From Clostridia bacterium (GTDB taxonomy: Bacteria; Bacillota; Clostridia; Oscillospirales; CAG-272): 64,000 bases of DNA. The first letter of the stretch is position 1. Every line of letters starts with the position of its first letter. A program made the translations under genes and the position numbers. Location: the NCBI GenBank assembly GCA_017456145.1, contig JAFTJZ010000085.1:10463-74462 (forward strand), given 5' to 3'. Below, piece after piece: positions 10,382-18,934 of this stretch. The notes under the pieces are model-generated. The model worked only from the letters and a program-made list of their open reading frames with translations. It made no database searches and was not told the origin of the DNA.

Positions 10382-10574
10382 ATCAGGTCTCCTTCCTTCG
10401 TTAAGTTAATGTTGCGCACACGCAATCATTTTTTCTGCAATATTCTTGTATGATTCTCCATATGCGCTTTATAAAAATTGATTTTTTATCAACATGGGAT
10501 CAATGTTCATTCCTTGTGTGACAGCACAATTATAAACCTTTACGTAATGTTCAAGTCAATAGGTTTTTGAAAAA

Positions 10575-11081
10575 TTATTTCAAGAATTTTGAATTATGCT
10601 CCAAGCCGTGAAATTCATATCCCCGCTCTCGCAATGAATCGATCTTGAGCGCGACAAGATTGACGTCGGAGTGGAGCGCGTGGGCGGTCTGCGCCGCGTC
10701 GTACCGATATTGATAGATGCACTCCAGCACGTCCTCATCGGGCAACAGAATGGCCGCGGCAACCATGTTCGCCTCATATTCCATGCGGCTTGCCATGTTG
10801 TAGAGCATGATCTCGGACAGCCCGCTGTCCTTCGCCGCGTCACGGTGGAGACGATCGTGCCCGATCTCGTGCGCACAGACGATCCGCGCCGTGCTCTCGT
10901 CCAGATGCTTGTTGAGAAACAGACATCTGCGGCGATGGATGACGCGATACATCCCCTTCAGGCGCTTGAAATCCTCACGATAGACGCAGATCCCAAGCCC
11001 CTGCGCAATGACAAACGGATCACGCGTACCAAATCTGCGGACCAGACGCATCCCGATCTCATCATATTTCGTTTGTTTCAT
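10575..11081 (-). CDS. ImmA/IrrE-family (COG2856, M78) zinc metallopeptidase
   Basis: HEIGH zinc motif (CAHEIGHDRLH). 168 aa. It lies 16 nt downstream of the XRE repressor gene on the same strand. Confidence 0.85.
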   Translation of the reverse strand: MKQTKYDEIGMRLVRRFGTRDPFVIAQGLGICVYREDFKRLKGMYRVIHRRRCLFLNKHLDESTARIVCAHEIGHDRLHRDAAKDSGLSEIMLYNMASRMEYEANMVAAAILLPDEDVLECIYQYRYDAAQTAHALHSDVNLVALKIDSLRERGYEFHGLEHNSKFLK

Positions 11082-11096
11082 GAAACTCCGCGATCC

Positions 11097-11513
11097 TCAC
11101 TTGTTGTCGCGCGGCTTTTTGGGCGCGTATTTTTTGTTTTCCTCCTTGGCGTCCCAGTAAGCACGGTTGAGCGCTGCCATAATAGCATCCTTCTCATCCT
11201 CATCCAGCTCACCGCCCGCGAACAGCCCGCGGATCTCGCCGACCAGCGCCTCCACGTCCCTCGCCGCAGATGCGCCGCCGCGCTCATACGCATTGACCAC
11301 GTGTACCCCCTCACTGCCCAGCAGATATTCGGTCGTCGTGCCCAGCGCATCCGCCATTTTCTGTACGACCTCCATATGCTGCGGCTTTCGGCTGCCCAGC
11401 TCGTAATTCTGTACCGTGCGCAGCGTTACGCCGATCGCTGTCGCAAGTGCGCTCTGGCTCATCCCCGCCGCCGCGCGCCTTTCCTTTAGTCTGTCCTTAA
11501 ATTCCATATTCAT
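11097..11513 (-). CDS. XRE-family HTH repressor (ImmR-like)
   Basis: HTH_3 motif MSQSALATAIGVTLRTVQNYELG. It is paired with the ImmA-type protease and divergent from dinB. Confidence 0.85.
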   Translation of the reverse strand: MNMEFKDRLKERRAAAGMSQSALATAIGVTLRTVQNYELGSRKPQHMEVVQKMADALGTTTEYLLGSEGVHVVNAYERGGASAARDVEALVGEIRGLFAGGELDEDEKDAIMAALNRAYWDAKEENKKYAPKKPRDNK

Positions 11514-11625
11514 ACCTCCGTGTTCTCAAAGCTCTCCGAACAGCTTATTGATCTAACGCCCCTGCATCAAAGAACAGCGAGCTCTGCTTGCCATATGTAA
11601 GGCTTTCGTACACCTTTCACATTTA

Positions 11626-11639
11626 CGAACATATTTTCG
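11626..11639. promoter_or_regulatory. LexA/DinR-type SOS box candidate 1
   Basis: CGAACATATTTTCG matches the Firmicute consensus CGAACATATGTTCG at 13 of 14 positions. It ends 10 nt upstream of the -35 element. Confidence 0.5.
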
Positions 11640-11648
11640 CAAAACCAC

Positions 11649-11677
11649 TTGACAACGCAATTGTGTTCGTGTATAAT
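11649..11677 (+). promoter_or_regulatory. Consensus sigma-A promoter of dinB
   Basis: TTGACA (11649-11654), an exact 17-nt spacer, then TATAAT (11672-11677), about 90 nt upstream of the dinB ATG. Confidence 0.65.
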
Positions 11678-11685
11678 ATAAAGCA

Positions 11686-11699
11686 CGAAACATCGTTCG
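11686..11699. promoter_or_regulatory. LexA/DinR-type SOS box candidate 2
   Basis: CGAAACATCGTTCG (core GAAA-N4-GTTC, 7 of 8 positions) lies immediately downstream of the -10 element, near the expected +1. A weaker third site, CGAACAGCTTTGTC, is at 11718-11731. Confidence 0.45.
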
Positions 11700-11768
11700 T
11701 ATATATCATACCACATACGAACAGCTTTGTCAAGTCCCCGCCGTTAAAATATGTAAAAAAAGGAGTCG

Positions 11769-13004
11769 ATGCGTGTGAACCGTACCATTTTACATTGTGA
11801 CATGAACAACTTTTACGCCTCGGTAGAGTGCCATCTCAACCCCGCGCTCGCCCCGCACCCCATCGCCGTCTGTGGCGAGACCGAGGAGAGGCACGGCATC
11901 GTACTGGCAAAAAATTATCTTGCCAAGGATTACGGTGTGCGTACGGGAGAGGCCGTCTGGCAGGCAAAGCAAAAATGCCCCTCCCTTCTGATCGTGCCGC
12001 CCCACTATGAGGAATACGTCAAGGTTTCCCGCGCCGCACGGCAGATCTACTACGATTATACCGACACCATCGAGCCGATGGGGCTGGACGAATGTTGGCT
12101 GGACGTCACGGGCAGCCGCCGTTTCTTCGGAGAAGGAGAGACGCTCGCCCATACCATCCGTACTCGGATCAAAAGTGAGCTGGGAGTGACGGTCTCGATA
12201 GGAGTCTCCTTCAACAAGGTGTTTGCCAAGCTCGGCAGCGATCTCAAAAAGCCCGATGCCGTCACCGTCATCACCGCCGAAGACTTTCGGGCAAGAATTT
12301 GGAACCTCCCCGCCTCGGAAATGCTGGGCGTGGGATCTGCCACGGCAAAAAAGCTGCACGCCGTCGGGATCCACACCATCGGCGATCTTGCCCACTATCC
12401 CCGCGACTGCTTGCGCTATAAGCTGGGCAAGTGCGGGGACGATCTGTGGCGCTACGCCAACGGACTTGACACCTCTGCGGTCGTCACGCGGGAGATCGAG
12501 GATCTGGACAAGACGGCGGGACACGGCATCACAACGCGGGAGGATCTGGTCTCGGACGATGAGGTCTGGCGGGTCATGCTCTCGCTTGCCCAGAACGTCG
12601 GGCATCGGCTGCACGTCTACCAAAAGAAAGCCACCGGCGTCGCCATCGACGTACGGGACAACGCGCTCTTCTCCCGCATCTGGCAGTGTAAGCTCGCCTA
12701 CCCGACGCAAAGCGCCTTCCGCATCGCCGACACCTGCTTTTCCCTGTTTCAAAAAAGCTACGGCTGGGCGCGCCCCATCCGTTCACTGACTGTCCGTGCC
12801 ATCGGCCTGGTCGCGGAAAATCTTCCTTACCAATTCGACCTTTTTCATAACGCGGACAGCATCGAAAAGGAAGAGACCCTCGACCGTACCATCGAGCAGC
12901 TGCGGGAGCGATACGGCAGCAGCATCATCCGCAACGCCGTGCTTTTGCACAATCCCAAGATGCCGCGAAGCGACGTTCTGCTGCGCCATACCGCGACCAA
13001 ATAG
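11769..13004 (+). CDS. dinB: Y-family DNA polymerase IV
   Basis: Motifs LHCDMNNFYASVE, GLDECWLDVT and SIGVSFNKVFAKLGSDLKKPD. A GTG at 11775 is an alternative start. Confidence 0.92.
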   Translation: MRVNRTILHCDMNNFYASVECHLNPALAPHPIAVCGETEERHGIVLAKNYLAKDYGVRTGEAVWQAKQKCPSLLIVPPHYEEYVKVSRAARQIYYDYTDTIEPMGLDECWLDVTGSRRFFGEGETLAHTIRTRIKSELGVTVSIGVSFNKVFAKLGSDLKKPDAVTVITAEDFRARIWNLPASEMLGVGSATAKKLHAVGIHTIGDLAHYPRDCLRYKLGKCGDDLWRYANGLDTSAVVTREIEDLDKTAGHGITTREDLVSDDEVWRVMLSLAQNVGHRLHVYQKKATGVAIDVRDNALFSRIWQCKLAYPTQSAFRIADTCFSLFQKSYGWARPIRSLTVRAIGLVAENLPYQFDLFHNADSIEKEETLDRTIEQLRERYGSSIIRNAVLLHNPKMPRSDVLLRHTATK

Positions 13005-13030
13005 CCGTCCAAAACTCAACAACAGATTGT

Positions 13031-13059
13031 TTGATTTTAGTGAGGTAATATGATATAAT
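13031..13059 (+). promoter_or_regulatory. Putative extended -10 sigma-A promoter for the small XRE gene
   Basis: TTGATT (13031-13036), a 17-nt spacer ending in TGa, then TATAAT (13054-13059). Confidence 0.5.
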
Positions 13060-13136
13060 GATTTTGGTTTCCGTAAAAACAACAAATTCAGCAAAAAATT
13101 TCATGTTCGAGACAATCGGAAGGGGGAGAGCACCAT

Positions 13137-13370
13137 ATGAACCTGGACGCCATCGGTAAAAACATCGCCACCATACGAAAGGCAAATCACCTGACCCAGG
13201 TCGAGCTGGCATCGCGCCTGAACGTCACCCCACAGGCAGTGAGCAAATGGGAAAACGGCGTCAATCTTCCCGAGACCTCATTGCTGGTCGCACTGTCGCA
13301 GCTATTTCAGGTCACCATCGATGAGCTGCTGATGAACGATCCGTATAAAGGCAACAGGATCGACGGATAA
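13137..13370 (+). CDS. Small XRE-family HTH transcriptional regulator
   Basis: 77 aa. HTH_3 motif LTQVELASRLNVTPQAVSKWENG. GGGGGAG ribosome-binding site upstream. Confidence 0.85.
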   Translation: MNLDAIGKNIATIRKANHLTQVELASRLNVTPQAVSKWENGVNLPETSLLVALSQLFQVTIDELLMNDPYKGNRIDG

Positions 13371-13459
13371 AACGAAGAAACAATCCGCCGCGCGTGTCGG
13401 CCGGACGCAGGAGCGGTTGTTTATAAAACAGAAATAATGAAATGAGAGGAAATTTTATC

Positions 13460-13684
13460 ATGGCAGAAATGAAAAAAGTAAGAGTTTGCAAGCGTTGCTC
13501 GGGATTTGACGTCGCCGAGCTCAAGGGAAAGGTCAAGGTCAAGGACACCTCGACGGGCTGCATCGGCAAGTGCGCGAGAAATTGCCCCGAGCTTGCGGGA
13601 AAGGTCTACGGTTATCTTGACGGCGAGTTCGTCGTCTGTGATACCAAGGAGGAATTTTTTGAGAAGATTGCACAGATTGTCTGA
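13460..13684 (+). CDS. Small Cys-rich protein, DUF1450 (YuzB)-like
   Basis: 74 aa counted from MAEMKK, with GAGGAA upstream. The Cys pattern C-x2-C ... GC-x3-C-x3-C and the tail LDGEFVVCDTKEEFFEKI resemble YuzB-type proteins. The family assignment rests on memory only. Confidence 0.45.
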   Translation: MAEMKKVRVCKRCSGFDVAELKGKVKVKDTSTGCIGKCARNCPELAGKVYGYLDGEFVVCDTKEEFFEKIAQIV

Positions 13685-13699
13685 ATAAGGAGATCGAGG

Positions 13700-14785
13700 A
13701 TGAAAAAACTTAAACATGTCCCGTTTCCTATCGGAGCGGAATCCAACGGCTTTATTGCCGCACTGTCCAGCGCCGTCCTGCCTTGTTTAGGAATCACTGA
13801 AGATGCACCTTACTGGTGTGCACCTAAAGGCAGTTATTGCATCCACTGCAGCGACTGCAACACATTGCAAAAGCATCAGGAAATGCTTTATCACACTCTG
13901 CTGGCAGCAAGCGGATTGGCATTCACCTTTGATTATCCCGAAGACGATGATGTAGGGTTCCATACTTTGCCAAACGCGCCCATCGGTTGGCGCTGGGACG
14001 AGCCGTTCGTGGAAAATCTCATGGACTTCGCGGGACTGTCTTACAAACGGTTCACTAATAAATCCGTGACAGAAATGTACGAAATCATCCGACAGACCAT
14101 CGACGCAGGATATACCGCCATTTGCGCTGATACGCATAACATTTCCGAGAATATGGCGTGGTCTCGCTGCTGGAATGTGGTCATCGGATATACAGAGGAC
14201 GGCATCTGCACCATGCGACACGGTGGAGAGATCATCACCGAAAGCGATCGTACATACAGCGATTGGATCGTAATCACCGGCAAAACAGAGAGACGGCAGA
14301 CATATCGAGATGTACTGGAGCGGATTTATACTACGCTTACCGATCCCTCCCACGATGCACTTGAGCAGGAAATTAACAATGATCTTTCCCATATTACACC
14401 GGAAAATGCAGTCGGATTATCATACAAAATGATGGGTATCAACGGTGTTCCCATTGAAACTCGCTGGCACGCGGCGGAGGCATTCTGCTCATCGAATAAT
14501 CTATTATCTTCTTTGACAAACGACGACACCGTAAAGAGTAAATTGTGCGATCTATTCTTTGATCGATATATCGCCAATAATAATAACGAAACCCACGGTA
14601 TCGGCTGGAAGATATGGGGGGCGCTGCACGTCGGTCCTTCGACCGGATACATGCCTACAGATGAATCCTTTGCGCTGATACAGCAGCCACAGGTGCAGGA
14701 GGAACTGAAACGGTTATTTAAGATCGTATTCGACAATGACCGCGCGGTGGCAGCCGGAATATACGATATTTTGAAAACAATGTGA
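13700..14785 (+). CDS. Island family A1: uncharacterised protein, possibly BtrH_N/DUF4872-like (papain-fold)
   Basis: 361 aa with AAGGAGA upstream. It is a paralogue of 16777-17823, sharing the core I.xG...I...W..V[VI]IGY.ED. It has an A1-specific Cys cluster, C-x6-C-x2-C-x2-C. The function call is tentative. Confidence 0.4.
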   Translation: MKKLKHVPFPIGAESNGFIAALSSAVLPCLGITEDAPYWCAPKGSYCIHCSDCNTLQKHQEMLYHTLLAASGLAFTFDYPEDDDVGFHTLPNAPIGWRWDEPFVENLMDFAGLSYKRFTNKSVTEMYEIIRQTIDAGYTAICADTHNISENMAWSRCWNVVIGYTEDGICTMRHGGEIITESDRTYSDWIVITGKTERRQTYRDVLERIYTTLTDPSHDALEQEINNDLSHITPENAVGLSYKMMGINGVPIETRWHAAEAFCSSNNLLSSLTNDDTVKSKLCDLFFDRYIANNNNETHGIGWKIWGALHVGPSTGYMPTDESFALIQQPQVQEELKRLFKIVFDNDRAVAAGIYDILKTM

Positions 14786-14944
14786 AATCACCATTCTACA
14801 ATTGACAAATAAAATATCTGCAAATTGCAATAGCAAGTTGCAACAAAAAATAACCGCAAGGAATAATAAACCATGAACAAATCAATAGCAGAGAGCTTTG
14901 AATCAGTAAAACAATCCGATACGAATTTGGAAAAGGAGAATAAT

Positions 14945-15457
14945 ATGAAAGAATTTCAATGTGAATCATTTGAATATGTTAATACCGGCAAGTTACGATT
15001 TATAGGTATTGATGCATACTGTAAGTGCGATGATTGGAACGCTCATTGGGAACGCTCGTTGGAGCTTTTGCCTCAACTTGAAGCAATGCTCGACGAATAC
15101 GGAGCATTTGTTACTTATCCCAGCGCACTTATACATTCCGGCGGCAAAGAGGTCGGGATTGAGGAACATTTTTTGGCAGGTTATTTCTTCAAGCAAGGTA
15201 CACCCGTTCCGGAAGGATATGATTATTTCGATATTGATGCAGAAGTACTCGGATACGGCATTTATACTACAGATGATTTCCCCGGTGATATGGAATCGGT
15301 ATATGTCATGGCACGCGATAAGATATTGAATGATGGCTTTTTGATTCCGTATCCTCAAGGATATTGTCACGCGGAAATATACACCGACGGACGTGATTTT
15401 GAGGGTGCGTTGCGTATCGGGTATATGTTTCCGACGAACAGGGAAAGTAATATATGA
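14945..15457 (+). CDS. Island family B1: GyrI-like / AraC-effector-binding-type small-molecule-binding protein
   Basis: Start placed at MKEFQCE, with AAGGAGA upstream. It is a paralogue of 19521-20102 (RFIGID, GYFFK..TPVPEG, GYGIY, RDKIL.DG..PYP.GY). Its stop overlaps the C1 start (ATGA). Confidence 0.55.
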   Translation: MKEFQCESFEYVNTGKLRFIGIDAYCKCDDWNAHWERSLELLPQLEAMLDEYGAFVTYPSALIHSGGKEVGIEEHFLAGYFFKQGTPVPEGYDYFDIDAEVLGYGIYTTDDFPGDMESVYVMARDKILNDGFLIPYPQGYCHAEIYTDGRDFEGALRIGYMFPTNRESNI

Positions 15458-16638
15458 TTTTTGAAAAAAATGTTACTGAATTTTCCACCATGCTTCACCG
15501 GGATATTTATATGAGGGCGCTTCGACTTGTCCCGCCGGAGATATCTTTGGCAGAAATCGAAAAAGAAACTCCTGAAATGGCTGAAAGCGGACGGGAATTT
15601 TATCATTTCATGCTGGAACTGTACAGCGATATGTTTTGTAATCCCGAAATCTATGGCATGACGCCCGGGGCATATGAAGATATGGCACAGCATCGTAAGT
15701 GGAATTATATGCGTTTGCGTGTGAAAAACGTCGATGACTATTTTTGCTTATCCGAAACTCAAATTGCATCATATGTGCGTTTCATACATGAAATGGCATT
15801 ATTCTGTCATATTTCAGAGGGTTGCTGTTATCTGACATATGATGTTTTTGAAAAAGCGAAAGATCTGAAACGAGTCACACCTGTTAACAAGCAGAAGTTA
15901 TTGCTTCCGATCCAAATGGTTATGAAAAATCTGGAACGAGTAGGATTGGAGCTACAAGATGATGGTGAAAAAATTCAAGTTATATGTGAAAAATATCCCG
16001 ATATGTTTTTGGCTGCCTCTGCACTTAGAAAAACAGTAGAAGATACCATTCAAAACCCCGTATCCAAAAAGCTGAAATACTACTTTGGTGAATATATGGA
16101 TACCCTGGATTTTCGATTGCTGAAAGAGCCTTATTATCCTGATTTTGAGGATCACATACGTCATCTTTCCGATAAAGACCGCGAGGCGGTAATAACATTA
16201 GATGCACTGGCAAAAGAATACAAATGTAAATCTGATTATAAAAATTGTCTTGAATATAAGTACAAAGGCAAATATGTCATGAGTGTTTGGACACACGGAC
16301 TCTACCACGAGCCAACTCGCCAACACGATACCTGGCGTCGATACGTACGGTGTCGTGTGGCGGGAACGGTGAATTCGTCTTATCTTGAACAGGTGGAGAT
16401 AGAAGGGGACGATTTCAAACAATATTTTATGCGGCATTTGAATCGGTGCAGCGGATGTACCCCTGCTCATTTGAACAGTCAAAATGCGATTAAGAAGATT
16501 TTCGGAAGAAGTGTTCGTTTTTGTTCTATCAATATCGCCACTGAAATCGCCGGGCTTACCATAAACGATCTCCCGTATATCAGAAAGTTTATAGAAATGA
16601 GAATAAGGGAAATTGAAGGAGAGAAAAATTATGCATAA
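15454..16638 (+). CDS. Island family C1: hypothetical protein (no family recognised)
   Basis: 394 aa. It is a paralogue of 17854-18876 (LVP.EISL, [FL]YHF, KYP[DH]M, and the C-terminal motif HL..C..CTP...IFG....FC...DL..I...IE.R). Confidence 0.6.
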   Translation: MIFEKNVTEFSTMLHRDIYMRALRLVPPEISLAEIEKETPEMAESGREFYHFMLELYSDMFCNPEIYGMTPGAYEDMAQHRKWNYMRLRVKNVDDYFCLSETQIASYVRFIHEMALFCHISEGCCYLTYDVFEKAKDLKRVTPVNKQKLLLPIQMVMKNLERVGLELQDDGEKIQVICEKYPDMFLAASALRKTVEDTIQNPVSKKLKYYFGEYMDTLDFRLLKEPYYPDFEDHIRHLSDKDREAVITLDALAKEYKCKSDYKNCLEYKYKGKYVMSVWTHGLYHEPTRQHDTWRRYVRCRVAGTVNSSYLEQVEIEGDDFKQYFMRHLNRCSGCTPAHLNSQNAIKKIFGRSVRFCSINIATEIAGLTINDLPYIRKFIEMRIREIEGEKNYA

Positions 16639-16776
16639 ATGCCACAACCATTTCAAGCCATTTCCCATCGAGAATTGTGGGGATGTCAACTACACGTTAA
16701 TTGACGGCTGCTGATATTTATATTTCAACAAACAAATTTTATATTTTAGCAAACAAATATTGTACGGAGGACAAAC

Positions 16777-17823
16777 ATGAAAAAACAATTACAATATAAC
16801 TCGCCGTTTTGGATTTGGGGCGGCTTGGGCTTTTATAACTGCTATGCTTCGGTTTATATGCATATACAAAAGGAAAACGGATGTGCCGTGGCATCGGATC
16901 GACCGGAGGATTTTGTCGAAAATTTGAACAATTTGTTTGAAACCATGGCAGGTCAAACGCTGATGCGCTCTTCATGGTCAAAGGAACCCACAATCATGGA
17001 AAAGGAATTGGCTCTTCGGTTTGGAAATGGCAGCAATGCCACGGATGAGCTGGTGGATTTTATTGTGGGTTTCACCGGTTATGAATATAAAAAAATCACC
17101 GCTGACTTCAAGCAAACAGTGATGGATTCTATTAACACCGGCAAGCCGTTGATTGCCAAGCTGAAATCTGACGATTGGCAGTCGGGTCTGGGCAAGGGAT
17201 ATCGAGTGATTATCGGGTATGACGAGGATGCTTTGCTGGAACCGAGCTATGTTTTTGAGTCGAACACCACCCCGGCCAAAGCGGTCACTTATGATCAGAT
17301 AGAATGGCTCTATTTGTTTGGCGATAAAATCGCTCAAAAATATACCATGCTGGATGTTCTGAAACAGATGGAAGAAATTATGAACAGTGATTTTTCCCAA
17401 GGAATCTGGGTGGATTTTGCCTATCACTTCGATTTTGAACACGGGGATTGGGGCGAGAAGGTAGCGCAGGTAAAACAGCGGTTTGCACGTCTGGAAGATA
17501 TGGGCTGGGATCTTTCCTGCATGAGCCATTCTCTGCAAAACGCCACCGGCGACCGCGAGCTGCTGCAATCCTTGGGATTGGATGTAGAGCAGCACGATGA
17601 ATTGATTGACACTTTGGGTGAGCAAACCCACTTGCTGCATAATTTAGGATATCAGGCGAACGCCTTGAGAGAATCCGTCTTTGCATTTCAACTGAATGAC
17701 GAGCAGGAGTGGCCTTGGAATTTGAACGGTCTGATCACCTCGACGGCAATGATCTTTGACGCAGTGATGGAATGTGAAATGAAAATTTTATTGGCGATCA
17801 AAAAAGCCATTCGGAAATTTTAA
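16777..17823 (+). CDS. Island family A2: uncharacterised protein, paralogue of A1
   Basis: 348 aa with GGAGGA upstream. N-terminal GFYNCYASVYMHI plus the core GYRVIIGYDED. The C-terminal half is helical by eye. Confidence 0.4.
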   Translation: MKKQLQYNSPFWIWGGLGFYNCYASVYMHIQKENGCAVASDRPEDFVENLNNLFETMAGQTLMRSSWSKEPTIMEKELALRFGNGSNATDELVDFIVGFTGYEYKKITADFKQTVMDSINTGKPLIAKLKSDDWQSGLGKGYRVIIGYDEDALLEPSYVFESNTTPAKAVTYDQIEWLYLFGDKIAQKYTMLDVLKQMEEIMNSDFSQGIWVDFAYHFDFEHGDWGEKVAQVKQRFARLEDMGWDLSCMSHSLQNATGDRELLQSLGLDVEQHDELIDTLGEQTHLLHNLGYQANALRESVFAFQLNDEQEWPWNLNGLITSTAMIFDAVMECEMKILLAIKKAIRKF

Positions 17824-17853
17824 GAGAGACCATTGAAAAGGTGAAATACCGCT

Positions 17854-18876
17854 ATGATTGATAGAAACAAGCCCGATTATCAAACACCCACGCAGAAAGA
17901 AATCTGGAATGCAGCAACCAATCTTGTGCCACTCGAAATTTCTCTACCTGCGATCCCGATGGAATATCATCAATCCTGCCGTGATTTATATCACTTTTTT
18001 ACAGATATTCTGGAGGATATGTATATACATCCTGACCCTTATATGGCTCTGGGCGATGTACAGACCTATATTCGTTGGTTTTGGGTATTTCTTTATAAAG
18101 CATATGATTTTGAGGGTGGCGCATTTATCACGCCGATTGACAAACACAAGAAATTTGTTAAAAAAATGGGCGCGCCGCTATTGGATTTTCTGACAACCCG
18201 ATGGGGACTTCAAATCAAAAAGACAGATACGGAAGTGCGCATCTCCAACACAAAATATCCCCATATGCTGTCAGCGGTCTATAACACCTTGCAGGCTGCT
18301 TACAAAAATTATAACGTAAATTGCGGCGATTATCTGACCTTCTGCGATTTTCGCGCGTTGGTAAACTACAAACGAACCTACCATGATATGCTCGAACTTT
18401 TGAACCGCGAAGGACAAGCCATAGCGGAAAGCATATGTGAATTTGCACTGGCTCGTGGGATCAAGCCGGTCAAGTGTACGTATTTCAATCGCGTGGAATT
18501 TAAGAAAAAGGGAAAGATCGTCTTTATTCTGGACGTAGCAGAAGGTAAAAACCTCAAGATCAACATCGGATTTGCGGAGCTTGGCGGACAGGCGTTCCGA
18601 CGGATGTCGGACGCGATTGATGCTTATACGGACAAGGAGATATTTGTTCGTTACTTACGTAACCATCTAAAAAAATGCACCAATTGCACACCCGGGTGTC
18701 AAAAGCGAGCAAATCCCGTAGAAATTTTTGGCTTAAAAACGATCTTTTGTCAACCGTTTTTACGAATGTTCCAACCGCCCAAGACGGATCTGCACCACAT
18801 ATTTCGCTTGATCGAGCTCCGTGAAATGGTTGTGGATGCAGGCATTTCCGAGATATTTTATCCGGGAAATGGATGA
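17854..18876 (+). CDS. Island family C2: hypothetical protein, paralogue of C1
   Basis: 340 aa. It shares the N-terminal and C-terminal motifs of C1, including HLKKCTNCTP...IFGLKTIFC. Confidence 0.6.
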   Translation: MIDRNKPDYQTPTQKEIWNAATNLVPLEISLPAIPMEYHQSCRDLYHFFTDILEDMYIHPDPYMALGDVQTYIRWFWVFLYKAYDFEGGAFITPIDKHKKFVKKMGAPLLDFLTTRWGLQIKKTDTEVRISNTKYPHMLSAVYNTLQAAYKNYNVNCGDYLTFCDFRALVNYKRTYHDMLELLNREGQAIAESICEFALARGIKPVKCTYFNRVEFKKKGKIVFILDVAEGKNLKINIGFAELGGQAFRRMSDAIDAYTDKEIFVRYLRNHLKKCTNCTPGCQKRANPVEIFGLKTIFCQPFLRMFQPPKTDLHHIFRLIELREMVVDAGISEIFYPGNG

Positions 18877-18934
18877 ACGATTTGGTCGAAAAAACACACT
18901 GCAAATGCAAATACAAAAAGGAGAAGATTCAATC

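Noticed and set aside
10411-10492. Short palindromes TTGCG-CACA-CGCAA (10411-10424) and TTGAT-TTTTT-ATCAA (10478-10492) upstream of the SRAP gene
   Set aside because: The arms are 5 bp in an AT-rich spacer, so chance occurrence is plausible. They have no match to the LexA-type boxes found upstream of dinB.
9818-13370. Could the XRE/ImmA pair mark a prophage or ICE?
   Set aside because: There are no integrase, excisionase, replication, structural or conjugation genes within or beside the segment, and no att-like direct repeats were seen. A decayed element cannot be excluded without comparative genomics.
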